A stretch of DNA of 64,000 nt from Candidatus Sulfomarinibacteraceae bacterium (GTDB taxonomy: Bacteria; Acidobacteriota; Thermoanaerobaculia; Thermoanaerobaculales; Sulfomarinibacteraceae): positions 384,001 to 448,000 of the forward strand of contig CAWCLO010000010.1 in assembly GCA_963796455.1 (NCBI GenBank), in the 5' to 3' direction. The translations under genes were made by a program, and so were the position numbers. Positions 1-10,215 of this stretch are shown here, piece by piece (position 1 is the stretch's first letter; every line of letters starts with the position of its first letter). The notes under the pieces are model-generated. The model was not told the DNA's origin, made no database searches, and saw nothing but the letters and a program-made list of their open reading frames with translations.

Positions 1-628
1 CGTCTTCTCGCGAATCGTGGTCTCTACCGACTCACCGGAATACGCCGAGATCGCAGTTCATTACGGTGCTGAGGTTCCGTTTCTCAGATCTGCGGAGATC
101 GCCGGCGACACCTCGCCGGATATCGAATGGGTCCGCGATCTCTTGCAGCACCTGTCAGACGGCGGAGAGGCCTTCGATTGCTTCAGCATTCTCAGGCCGA
201 CAAGCCCGTTTCGCACCGACGACACGATTTCGAGGGCGTGGTCTGAATTCCGCGCCGAAATCGGTATCGACAGCCTTCGCGCCATCGAGAAATGCAGCCA
301 ACACCCTGGCAAGATGTGGGTCGTCCGGAACCGCCGAATGACGCCATTGCTTCCTATGGGACCCGAAGATCAGCCCTGGCACAGCAGCCAGTACCCCACC
401 CTTCCCGAGGTCTGGGTCCAGAATGCAAGCCTCGAGATCGCCTGGACCCGTGTCGTCTTCGACACCGGAACCATCGCAGGTGCGACTTTCCTCCCCTTTG
501 TGACCCGGGACATGGAGGGCTTCGATGTCAACAACGAAGACGACTGGCTGCTGGCCGAGGCGCGGATTCGCCAGGACCAGTCGATCCTCCCAGCGGTCGA
601 CCGACCGCCATTTGAAAGGCAGAGCTGA
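1..628 (+). CDS. Acylneuraminate cytidylyltransferase family protein (NeuA/PseF-like), 5'-truncated by window edge
   Basis: Motifs VSTDS, GAEVPFLR, LRPTSPFR and DVNNEDD typical of CMP-nonulosonate synthetases; the frame is open to the window start. Confidence 0.85.
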   Translation, partial: VFSRIVVSTDSPEYAEIAVHYGAEVPFLRSAEIAGDTSPDIEWVRDLLQHLSDGGEAFDCFSILRPTSPFRTDDTISRAWSEFRAEIGIDSLRAIEKCSQHPGKMWVVRNRRMTPLLPMGPEDQPWHSSQYPTLPEVWVQNASLEIAWTRVVFDTGTIAGATFLPFVTRDMEGFDVNNEDDWLLAEARIRQDQSILPAVDRPPFERQS

Positions 629-636
629 AAACAAAT

Positions 637-2614
637 ATGACACCGCAGATCATTCCACACGACGAGATCGTTCGCGCCCGTGAAGCATCACAGGACCACC
701 CCGCACTGCAACTGGAGATCCTTGCCGACATCTGTCGGGCCAACGCGTTGGCGGCGATCAAAATGGCGGGTTCGGGTCACATGGGCTCCAGCCTGAGTGC
801 GCTCGATATCGTCATCATTCTCCACTACCGGATCATGAACACCATCGCTCTCGGTCACGAGGACCCGGACCGTGACGTGTTCTTTTCCTCCAAGGGACAC
901 GATGTTCCCGGTCTCTATTCGGTTCTCCACTCGGCGGGCGTCATCCCGGACGACCTGTTGTGCAAACTACGCCGACACGGAGGCCTCGACGGCCACCCCG
1001 ACATCAAGACATTCGGCATCGAGGCCAACTCGGGCTCCCTCGGGATGGGCATTTCCAAGGCCAAGGGCATCGCGTGGGCCAAGAGCCATCTGGGCCGGGG
1101 TGGCGAGGTCTTTGTCCTGACCGGCGACGGCGAACTGCAAGAAGGACAGAACTACGAGGCCTTGCAGTCCGCCGCCCATCTCGGCGTCGGCAATCTCAAC
1201 GTGATCGTCGATCACAACAAGGTCCAGTCCGACAAAGCGGTGGACGAAATCATCGATCTCGGACGACTCGAGGAAAAGCTCGAGGCCTTTGGCTGGCGTG
1301 TCGCACGATGCGACGGCCACGATTTCCGGGCTCTGGGCGAGGTGTTCGCGGCGTTTCGCGGCGACACCAAGCGCCCGAAGATACTCATCGCCGACACGAT
1401 TAAGGGCCGCGGCGTGTCCTTTATGGAACACCCTCAAGCACTTCGAGAATCAGGCGGCGTGTATGCATGGCACTCCGGTGCCCCCGACGACTCGGCCTAT
1501 GCGTCAGCCTGGGACGAGGTAATCGAACGCCTCAACCGGCGTCTTGCCGAGGCCGGAACAGACCCGATCTCGCCCACCGGGAACGGCTCGGCATCGTCCG
1601 GAGACGGCCCGGTTGGAACCCAGATCGCGGTCGGTGAACCACCGAGGAGGGGCACTCCAGCCCAAGCCAAGGATCTGCGCCGGGTGAACGGTCGCCGAAG
1701 CATTTGGCGCCGAACTGCGACCATCGCCGCGAGGCGGCCCGATGTGGTGGTCCTCGATGGTGATCTCGCCGCCGACTGTCAGGTGCGCGAGTTCGAACAA
1801 CTTCTGCCCGAGCGGTTTATCGAAAACGGAATCGCCGAACAGGACATGGTTTCCACCGCAGGCGGTCTCGCACGGCACGGATTGCTTCCGGTGGTGAATT
1901 CCTTTGCCAGTTTCCTCGTCTCGCGTGCCAACGAGCAGATCTACAACAACGCGACCGAAGAAGTCGAAGATCATCTATGCCGTCATTTTGCCGGGCTGAC
2001 ACCGGCGGCGCCGGGCAAGTCGCACCAGAGCGTCCGCGACATCTCCCTCCTCGGTGCGATCCCAACCTCGTCGTGGTGCAACCGAGCACACCGGATCAGA
2101 GCCGGGCCCTTCTGAAATATTGCGTCGACGACGCCCAGCAAGCTGCGCCATTCGATTCACATCGGACCTCCGCCGGCCCGATCGAGCACCCCGGCGGCGA
2201 TCAGATCTCTTTCGGTTGCGGCACCCGACTCACTGACGGTTCTGATGCCCTGCTTTTTGCCTACGGACCGACGATGATCTACTCCAGGCGTCTTGCTGCG
2301 GCCGAAATCCTCGCCCATCGGGGCATCGCCCTCGGAGTCATCGACCTCCCATGGCTTAACAGGGTCGATGAGAGGTGGCTTCAAGAGACCGTCGGTCAGA
2401 TACCGCTGGTTTCGGTGGTCGAGGACCATTCGCCAGTCGGCGGTCTCGGAGACCATGTCCTTCGTATACTCGCCTCAACCGAATGGATGCGCATCGGGCG
2501 CTTCGAGGTCTTCGGTGTCGATGACTATCCGGTGTTTGGCACACCGGCCGAAGCCCTCGCCGCGCATCGTCTCGACGCACGCCGCTCTCCGCCCGCATCG
2601 AGAAACGCCTGTGA
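637..2614 (+). pseudogene. Fused transketolase-like TPP enzyme (N- plus C-terminal domains), frameshifted
   Basis: SGHMGSSLS, SKGH, GSLGMG, TPP motif GDGELQEG...N, GIAEQDMV; the C-terminal domain (LFAYGP, VEDHSPVGGLG) continues in another frame; several indels (about 2065 and 2580, probably also a compensating pair near 1670-1720). Confidence 0.8.
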
Positions 2615-4292
2615 TCGGGTCCGCCCTCTTCGAGAGGATCCGCCGGCGCTTTTCCGATCCCCGAGTACCCCCAATGGGGCCCCATCCTCAAACGTGAAAA
2701 CCACCGGTGGCAGACGCGGTCCAAGCGGCCGCCCACGGACCCCGCGTATTGATCGCCACGAGTTTGGCGCGACAACTTCCATGTACCCACCTCGAAACAA
2801 CGTTGGCGGTGGCGTTGACCCTTCGGGGCGCGCGCGTCCACACCCTGCTCTGCGATCGCTTTCTTCCCGCCTGTCAGCAGGCCGAAATCGGCCTCTTCCA
2901 GGATCTTCGCTCCTTCACCGAAGACGGTCCTCAGAAAACCTCTGCGCGAGCGTCGTCACGACCCGTCGGTCGAGGTATTTCGGAGCCTCGGGCTGCCCCT
3001 GCACACCTACAGTGAACTCGTCACCCCCGAAGAATCGGCCCAGGCTCGTCAAATCGCCACCGAGGTGCCCTACGCCGAAATCAGGTCACTGCGTCGCGAC
3101 GGCCTGGCAGTCGGTGAACACGCGCTTGCTGGAGCGTTGCGGTTTTTCGCCCGTGGAGACATCAGCGGCGTGGAGGGCGCTGAAGCGGTGGTCAGACGAT
3201 ACCTCGAGGCTGCACTTCTGACCGTCGACGCCCTTCGCCGCCTGCTGCGCGATCAAAAAATCGAAGCCGCCTGCTTCAACCATGGCATCTATGTGCCGCA
3301 GGGCCTCATCGGCGAGGTGGCACGTTCAGAGGGCGTTCGCGTCATCAACTGGAACCCCGCATATCGCAAGGGGTGTTTCATTTTCAGCCACGGTGACACC
3401 TATCACCACACGTTGCTGGCCGAACCCGTCGAGGCGTGGGAGGACATTCCCTGGACGGATGCGATGGAGCACGAGGCGCTTGAATACCTCGACAGCCGGA
3501 GGACCGGTGACCAGGACTGGATCTGGTTCCACGAGGACCCCGAGGAGCGTCTCGACGCCATCCAGCGGACCCTCGATCTAGATCTCTCACGACGACGATC
3601 GGTCTTCTGACCAACGTCATTTGGGACGCTCAGTTGCACTACCGCGCCAACGCCTTCGAGTCGATGATGGATTGGGTCCTCGAATCGATCCGTTACTTCG
3701 CTCAATGACCGGATCTGCAGTTGGTGATCAGGGTCCATCCGGCCGAAGATTCGAGGAACAGTGCCGTCCCGGCAGCGCGTCGTCGATGAGATCGACCGTC
3801 TCTACGGACCGGTTCCGAAAAACTCACGGTCATCCCACCGGAAAGCAAGGTCAGTACCTATGCCGGTGACGGACCACTGCAGCACGGTCTTGATCTACGG
3901 CACCAAAACCGGTGTCGAGCTCAGCGCCCAGGGAACCCCGGTGATCGTCGGGGGCGAAGCGTGGATCCGCAACAAGGGCTTGACCATGGACGCCTCGAGC
4001 CCCAACGATACCGCACCCTTCTCGATCGACTGCGGCTCCCGGGCGGGCTGACGAGGAAACGACGACACCAGCGCGAAAAAACGCCGTACCACTCTTTCTC
4101 CGACCGATGATCCTGGTCCGGGCCATGCGACCCACCGGCGCGTGGCCGCCCTACCGTCTCGATCTGAGCTCGTTGGCGAGCTTGGCGAAGGATCCGATCA
4201 AGGACTCGACGTCATCTGCGACGGAATCCTCCGGGAATTACCCTTTTTGTACCCAAGCGAAGAAGAGAGGTCCTGAGTTCGGGCCGGTATGA
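2611..4292 (+). pseudogene. Capsule polysaccharide biosynthesis protein (KpsS/LipB-like), multiply frameshifted
   Basis: Fragments in several frames (LLCDRFLPAC, FNHGIYVPQG, NVIWDAQLHY, VIRVHPAE, YGTKTGVEL..G.PVIV.GEAW); in-frame TGA at 3706-3708. Confidence 0.65.
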
Positions 4293-4296
4293 CCAC

Positions 4297-5472
4297 TCAC
4301 CGGGCCTGGAGGCAACTCATCAGGATTTCGACATCCGGTTCCGACAGTTCCGGATAACATCCGCAATAAAAACCGGCCTCGTGAATCATGTCGGTGCCCG
4401 GCAGTTCGAATTTCTCCTCCACATACTTCGGGTAAAAGGGTTGATTCTGGATATTCCCCGCGATCATCGGCCGGATCTCGACCCCGGCACCCGCAAACTG
4501 GGCGAGGTATTTTTCCCGATCTTCGGCCCGCTTGCAAAGGACCGGAAAAGCAAAGGCGGAGATCGTTTCAAGATGGCTGTGCTCGAGGGGCACGAAATCC
4601 GGGTTTTCCAACAAAACGGCCTCGAGGCGGAAAAAAGTCTCCTGTCGCATCCGGATGTTTTCGGGAAGGTATTTGAGCTGTTCGAGACCGATAAAACCAG
4701 TGATCTCGGTCGGTCGGAAGTTGAAACCCAGATCATAAAAGGTGTATTTGGCGTCGAATTCACTCCCGATGCTGTGGTTCTTCCTCCACTTGCGCTGCTC
4801 CGAGGCTCTGAGGTTGCGATCCCACCCGTTCGCTCGAACGATTCTCAGCATCTCGGCGAGTTCGCCATCGTCGGTACAGACCATCCCACCCTCGATGGTC
4901 GACATTTGGTGGGCCACAAAAAACGAAAAGGTCGACGCGATTGAGAAGTTTCCGGCCCGGCCGGTCTTCAATTCGGTCCCCAACGCCTCGCAATTGTCTT
5001 CCAGGACGATGATGTCTTTTTGCCGGCACATTTCCTGGATGACATCCAGATCACCGGTCAAACCCAGTGCATTCGTGATGAAGAGGCACCGCAGATCAGT
5101 CGATGCGATTCGTTCTTCGAGTGTTCCGGAGGTCACATTGAGGTGCGTCGTGCTGCAGTCGACCGGCACCGGGACCATTCCCATTTGAATAATCGGCATC
5201 ACGTTGGTCGACCACGTGAGCGCCGAGAACCCGACCCTGTCGCCATCCTTCAGAATCCCCATGTTCTTGAGCGATTGCAGGAGGGCCAGATTCGCGCTCC
5301 CGCCGCTGTTGAACAACACGGGATATCGCCGCCCCTGGACTTCAGAAAAGGCCCGCTCGAATTCCAGGCATTTGACGTCCATACTCAGCCGTCCTGCCGT
5401 CACGATAAATTCTGCGAGCGCACGTTTTGTCGCGTGCTCGTGAAGGAATGCGCTCTTCATCAAGGGGATCAT
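4297..5472 (-). CDS. DegT/DnrJ-family PLP enzyme, ColD-like GDP-4-keto-6-deoxymannose 3-dehydratase
   Basis: FNSGGSAN, LEDNCEALG, FSFFVAHQMSTIEGG with His at the usual Schiff-base Lys position; directly downstream of an Fcl/ColC-like gene. Confidence 0.8.
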   Translation of the reverse strand: MIPLMKSAFLHEHATKRALAEFIVTAGRLSMDVKCLEFERAFSEVQGRRYPVLFNSGGSANLALLQSLKNMGILKDGDRVGFSALTWSTNVMPIIQMGMVPVPVDCSTTHLNVTSGTLEERIASTDLRCLFITNALGLTGDLDVIQEMCRQKDIIVLEDNCEALGTELKTGRAGNFSIASTFSFFVAHQMSTIEGGMVCTDDGELAEMLRIVRANGWDRNLRASEQRKWRKNHSIGSEFDAKYTFYDLGFNFRPTEITGFIGLEQLKYLPENIRMRQETFFRLEAVLLENPDFVPLEHSHLETISAFAFPVLCKRAEDREKYLAQFAGAGVEIRPMIAGNIQNQPFYPKYVEEKFELPGTDMIHEAGFYCGCYPELSEPDVEILMSCLQAR

Positions 5473-5502
5473 TGTTCTATCTCTTCTGCCACGATTGGGC
5501 GG

Positions 5503-6439
5503 TTAGTCGGCACTTTTTAATGCGCGATAGTCTGCGATCATGTTTTCGATTCCGGTCTCGAGCGGGATCATCGGTTCGAAACCGAGGGCCTCGATGCGGG
5601 AAACATCGAGACACTTTCGCGGCATGCCATCCGGTTTGGACGAGTCCCAGGTGATGTTGCCCGAATGCCCGACTTTGTGTGCGATGAGGGCTGCCAGCTC
5701 CTTGATCGAGATGTCCTTGCCGGCACCGACGTTGAGGATTTCGGGGGAATCCCACACCTCCATCAGAAAAAGAACTGCCCGTGCGAGATCATCGACGTGA
5801 AGGAATTCCCTGCGCGCCGACCCCGTCCCCCACAGTGAAACCTCCCCACCGCCGTCATCAGTTGCATCCACGAATTTCCGAACCAGCGCGCCGAGGACGT
5901 GGGAGTGGAGCGGATCAAAGCTGTCGTTTGGACCATAGAGATTGCACGGCATCGGACAAATGCAGTTCATGCCGTGCTGCTCGTGGTAGTACTGGGCCAT
6001 TCTGAGACCCGCAACCTTGGCCAGCGCATAGGCTTCGTTGGTGGGTTCCAACGGCCCAGTCAGGAGGTACTCCTCCTTCATAGGTTGTGGACAATCGCGC
6101 GGATAGACACAGGAGCTGCCAAGAAAAAGCAGTTTTTCCACGCCGCTCAGATGCGCCTGGTGGATCACGTTGGTCTGAATCATCAGATTGTCATAGATGA
6201 AGTCGGCTGGAAACTGACGATTGGCCTGAATCCCACCCACCTTCGCCGCCGCTAAGAATGACGTGGCTCGGGTGTTCTGCCTCGAAGAAGCGCCGGACCG
6301 CTGCCGGATCTCGAAGATCGGCATCCTCCCTGGTGGCGGTGACAATTCCGTCGAAGGAGTGTTCGCTCAGTGCCCGCGTGATGGCCGAACCAACCATGCC
6401 GGCGTGGCCCGCAACAAAAATTCGATCATCTTTCTTCAA
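5503..6439 (-). pseudogene. fcl: GDP-L-fucose synthase / ColC-like reductase with one frameshift
   Basis: IFVAGHAGMVGSAI N-terminus (TTG 6439); AAAKVGGI, FLGSSCVYP, YALAK, NLYGPND and REFLHVDDLA in a second frame; one extra base near 6253. Confidence 0.85.
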
Positions 6440-6480
6440 TATTCCACCCAGAAATCGGCATCCCCACATTTTACCTTTTT

Positions 6481-8220
6481 CTACTGTGGAGTGCCCAATC
6501 GTCCGTTGCGAACCCGCAAGGAACCTGCGAGCCCGAGGACGACGACGATCACGATTGAAAACACCGTGACCCATCGCGCCCACACCAGAGCGGAAAACGG
6601 ACGCCATTGCCAATGTGCCCGGTGCCTGCCGGCCGGTTGGAAACTGGTCAACAATCCGGTCGTAGGATCGGTCGAGACCGCGACCGGTAGGCCGTCTACC
6701 GTCACAGTCATGCCGGGAAAGGCCACGGCCCGCCACACAAGAGTGCCCCCCGAAGGCGAGTCGATTTCAAGTTCTCGATCGACCTGGCCCCAAGTGAGTA
6801 CGCGAAGCTCTGCGCCCGGATCTTCGCGGACGACCGCCGATCGCTGTCTGATGACGTCGAATTCGGCCGGCTCCGCACCCGAGAGCTCGGCCAAAAGCGA
6901 CGGGCTCTGATCCTTCGGAAGCAACCAGGGTTCGGCAAGCTTTTCGTGCCGCCAGTACCAACCGCCGCTGCCGGCCTGCCACGCCGCAAAAGGGTCGGGA
7001 AAAACTGTTCCCGCCGCAGTTTGCGCCGGACGGGGAGGAATGAAGGCCGATGCCGGAACAGTGCGACCCCAACTCGAAAATGGTGCGGCAACAAGCACCG
7101 TCAAGGCCACCAGCACCCATGCCCGGCGGGCCTCGAGACGAGCCACGAGCACGGCAAGCAACAGCGTGATCACCGCGGAGACGCGCCACGGGAACTGCAG
7201 TTTGGAGAGCACGGGGAGCACATCCCAGATCGGACCCATCGGACTGGAGGTGACAACGACCCCGACCACCGCTCCGAGAGCCGCCAACGAGGCACCTCGA
7301 TCCCGGCGACCGCTCCTCCCCAGGGCGCCGTATGCTACGACCGCGAGCAAACCGGTCAGAACGAGCGCCAGCGAAAACACGGTGTTCAGATTCCACACCC
7401 CGAAGCCACCGGAAAAAAGAGTATTGGCAGATGCCCGGAAGTTGCCGGCCGCAGCGCCGTAGTAGCGGTCGGTATTGAGATAGGTCGAGGAGAGCGCCTG
7501 CGGTAGCAGCGCGAAGGCCGCAACCGCAAAGCCGAGCCCGACGCCCGAGAGAATTGCCGGCCGCCTCCCGACGAGTTTTCTGGAAGAGAGAAACCAGAAA
7601 CCGAGCGCGATGCCAAAAAGCGCCGCCATCGGGATATTGGTCAGCACGAGCGCCGCGACGAGAATCGCGGTCAAGGCTACCTGGAGCTTCCGGTCGAGTC
7701 GGTGCGAAGACGCCACCCACAAAATCAAAGGAGGCCAGACAAAGGCCCAGTGCTCGGACAGAGCCGATCGAAGATAAAGATCGACGAATCGGTAGGGCGC
7801 CACCATATAGACCACGGACGCGGGAAGAGCCGATTTTTCGAACCCGGCGGAACGCAGCCATCCATGCATCGCAACACCCGACAAGAGATGCGCGAACAAG
7901 GCCAACACCCACACACCGATGACGACCGGAACACCGAGGAGAATCGGAACGGCATCGAGATAGCTCGTCAGCGGTGGGTAGAAGATCAGCGCCGGCGAGC
8001 CATATCCGGCGTTGAACCCACCGCCCCAGGCCGGGAAGAACAGGCCTTCCGCGAAGTTTGCCGCGGTCTGCTGGGCGTTGATCAAATAGGTCACAATGTC
8101 CTGACCGGCCAGCACACGACCGCTAAGCAGTGGCAGACCGACCAGCAATGCAGCCAGGACAAGCACCGCAAGTTGCGTTTTGCGCTCCGGCGCCACCGAT
8201 CCCGACTTCATCCACTTCAC
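6481..8220 (-). CDS. Polytopic membrane protein, YfhO / 6-pyruvoyl-tetrahydropterin-synthase-related GT-C-like family
   Basis: P.W...FNAGYGSP..IFYPPL, YMVAPYR and LQFPWR motifs; many hydrophobic helices; C-terminal FPG..VTVDG domain. Confidence 0.65.
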   Translation of the reverse strand: MKWMKSGSVAPERKTQLAVLVLAALLVGLPLLSGRVLAGQDIVTYLINAQQTAANFAEGLFFPAWGGGFNAGYGSPALIFYPPLTSYLDAVPILLGVPVVIGVWVLALFAHLLSGVAMHGWLRSAGFEKSALPASVVYMVAPYRFVDLYLRSALSEHWAFVWPPLILWVASSHRLDRKLQVALTAILVAALVLTNIPMAALFGIALGFWFLSSRKLVGRRPAILSGVGLGFAVAAFALLPQALSSTYLNTDRYYGAAAGNFRASANTLFSGGFGVWNLNTVFSLALVLTGLLAVVAYGALGRSGRRDRGASLAALGAVVGVVVTSSPMGPIWDVLPVLSKLQFPWRVSAVITLLLAVLVARLEARRAWVLVALTVLVAAPFSSWGRTVPASAFIPPRPAQTAAGTVFPDPFAAWQAGSGGWYWRHEKLAEPWLLPKDQSPSLLAELSGAEPAEFDVIRQRSAVVREDPGAELRVLTWGQVDRELEIDSPSGGTLVWRAVAFPGMTVTVDGLPVAVSTDPTTGLLTSFQPAGRHRAHWQWRPFSALVWARWVTVFSIVIVVVLGLAGSLRVRNGRLGTPQ

Positions 8221-10215
8221 TCAGTGCCCCTTCTCAACGGAGACACGAGTTTCCTGCCGCCAACTCAGCGAGATCAACAAAACCAAGCAAACAACCGCAG
8301 CACAACTGATACCGGATGCTGTCGTCATCCCGGGCGGGCGGTAACGCCCCTCGAGACGATGCCGTCCGGCTGGAACCGCGACGAACTGGACGATACCCGG
8401 TCCCTGTTCGAGCACCACCGTGCGACCATCCAGGAACCACTCCCATCCCCTGATCGGAGCCAGCGACACCCACAGCCATCCCTCCTCGACCATCAACACA
8501 TCCGCGTGACATCTGTTGCCCTGCAACATGAGATCGCTGACCGATCCCGCCGCACGAGGTCTTTGGTCGGGGCCCGGTGGTCGAGCGGCTGCAAATACTT
8601 CGGACCGGGCCTCGAGATTTCGCAGCAGCCGCATGCCGCCCTTGCGTTGAATTTCTTCCATCCCCGAGGGGAGGCCGTCACCGGCGGGAAGCACTACCCA
8701 GCGGGCACTCAGCTGATCGAGCCACCACCTGCTCTCAGGCCCTCGATCTGTGATCGCGAGATGGGTTGCGAGACGGTGATGAATGACCGGCGAATCACTT
8801 CGGGTCATCACCAGACCTTGGTCGAGGTTGAGATAACCGACGGGCCACAGGCGCCTCGCTTCGATCCCCGATGCGAGCCACTGCATATCGCTCTCTGAAG
8901 GAGTCGGCGAATAGAGCCGCCCGCCATCCATGGCTTCCGGCCAGACGGGTTCCCGAACGGCGATTTCCGAGGTCGATTGAAAACCCAACAGGGGCCATCC
9001 GGCGACCAGAGTCGCGGCCACCCCGAGAGCCAGGGCAGCCGGACGCAGAAGTTGCCGCGACGGAGCGGCCGCGGAAGCGATCAATACCAGAGCGGGAATG
9101 CCGGCCACCAGCCATCGCCGCGGATCGTCGCCGACACTACATGCACCCAGAGCCAAAAGGCCGAGGGACAGGGCCAGCCCATTGCCTCGACCCCGTAACC
9201 AGTCTTTTCCGCCGATGCCGATCAGCGGCAGCAAGACGACGACGGCGACCAGGGCAAACCGGGAGGGGTACCGAACCAGGCCCTGGGTCAACGCGAGATA
9301 CAGGCTGCCTGCTCCCACTCCAGGCAGGGTCGCGAGAACCGCGAGTATCGCAGAGACAGCCAGAACCCATTTCCTCCGCCACCCCCCGAGGAGGGCGCAA
9401 CAGAGCAGTGGAGCACCGATGAACAGGCTCTCGACATAGACCATCCCTCCGCCGAAGGCCGGCCAACCCGGAGCCAGGAGGCCCAACCAATCCATCGGTG
9501 CGACCGCGCCTCGCAGAGCCAGGTCCGCCACCTCCGGACCACGGTCTCCCTCGATCACCCAGAAAACGAAAGGAATCATCTGCACCGCGACGAGCGCAAC
9601 GCCAAGAGCCAGTCCGAGGAACGCCTTGGTTCTATCGATCGAAAACAAAACGACCAGAACCACCCCGATAGCCCACAGCTGCGGCTCACCCCCGAGCCAG
9701 GCCAGGGCCGTCGCCACGGCAAGCATCGGCGCCGCCAGCCGACTCCGAAGATTGCCGGCCCACAGCATCCACGGGAGCCACGTCAGGGTTTCGAGATTAT
9801 TGAGGACCCCGACCGTCATCAACACCGGACCGATGGACCACGCCGAGACCTCCGCCAGAATCTGTGTCTTCCGATCGCAACCCAACTGACGGGCCACGAG
9901 ACCGACCGCAAGCGAGAAGAAGGCGAGGTGCAATGCAACTTCGAAGGCCAGTCCCCAGGCGGTCGGCAGCAACAGGTGGACCCACGCTGGGGGATACAAG
10001 ACAGCGGTCTCGGGGTTGGCAAACCAGGCCTCGCCGCAACCGTTTGCCAGATTGAGCCACGGTGCCAACCCGGCCCCGAGCACCGCGGCGGTTGCGCCCC
10101 GCATCGGAGCAAAAAAGTCGACCAGATCCCGGTGAGCCGGCACCCACCCCGCCACCGGTGCGAGACCGATGAGCAGAGGAGCCCACCACAGCCCAAAGCG
10201 CTCGAGACTTCTCAA
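8221..10215 (-). CDS. YfhO-family (GT-C-like) membrane protein
   Basis: RDL..FF.P, PWLN....GE.WFANP....LYPP, RYPSRF and C-terminal GW...LDG...VPAGRH..E.RYRP motifs. Confidence 0.7.
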   Translation of the reverse strand: MRSLERFGLWWAPLLIGLAPVAGWVPAHRDLVDFFAPMRGATAAVLGAGLAPWLNLANGCGEAWFANPETAVLYPPAWVHLLLPTAWGLAFEVALHLAFFSLAVGLVARQLGCDRKTQILAEVSAWSIGPVLMTVGVLNNLETLTWLPWMLWAGNLRSRLAAPMLAVATALAWLGGEPQLWAIGVVLVVLFSIDRTKAFLGLALGVALVAVQMIPFVFWVIEGDRGPEVADLALRGAVAPMDWLGLLAPGWPAFGGGMVYVESLFIGAPLLCCALLGGWRRKWVLAVSAILAVLATLPGVGAGSLYLALTQGLVRYPSRFALVAVVVLLPLIGIGGKDWLRGRGNGLALSLGLLALGACSVGDDPRRWLVAGIPALVLIASAAAPSRQLLRPAALALGVAATLVAGWPLLGFQSTSEIAVREPVWPEAMDGGRLYSPTPSESDMQWLASGIEARRLWPVGYLNLDQGLVMTRSDSPVIHHRLATHLAITDRGPESRWWLDQLSARWVVLPAGDGLPSGMEEIQRKGGMRLLRNLEARSEVFAAARPPGPDQRPRAAGSVSDLMLQGNRCHADVLMVEEGWLWVSLAPIRGWEWFLDGRTVVLEQGPGIVQFVAVPAGRHRLEGRYRPPGMTTASGISCAAVVCLVLLISLSWRQETRVSVEKGH

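Noticed and set aside
3706..3708. In-frame TGA as selenocysteine or recoding
   Set aside because: Not at a Cys-like position, no evident SECIS, and the gene has many other lesions; other genes use TGA as stop
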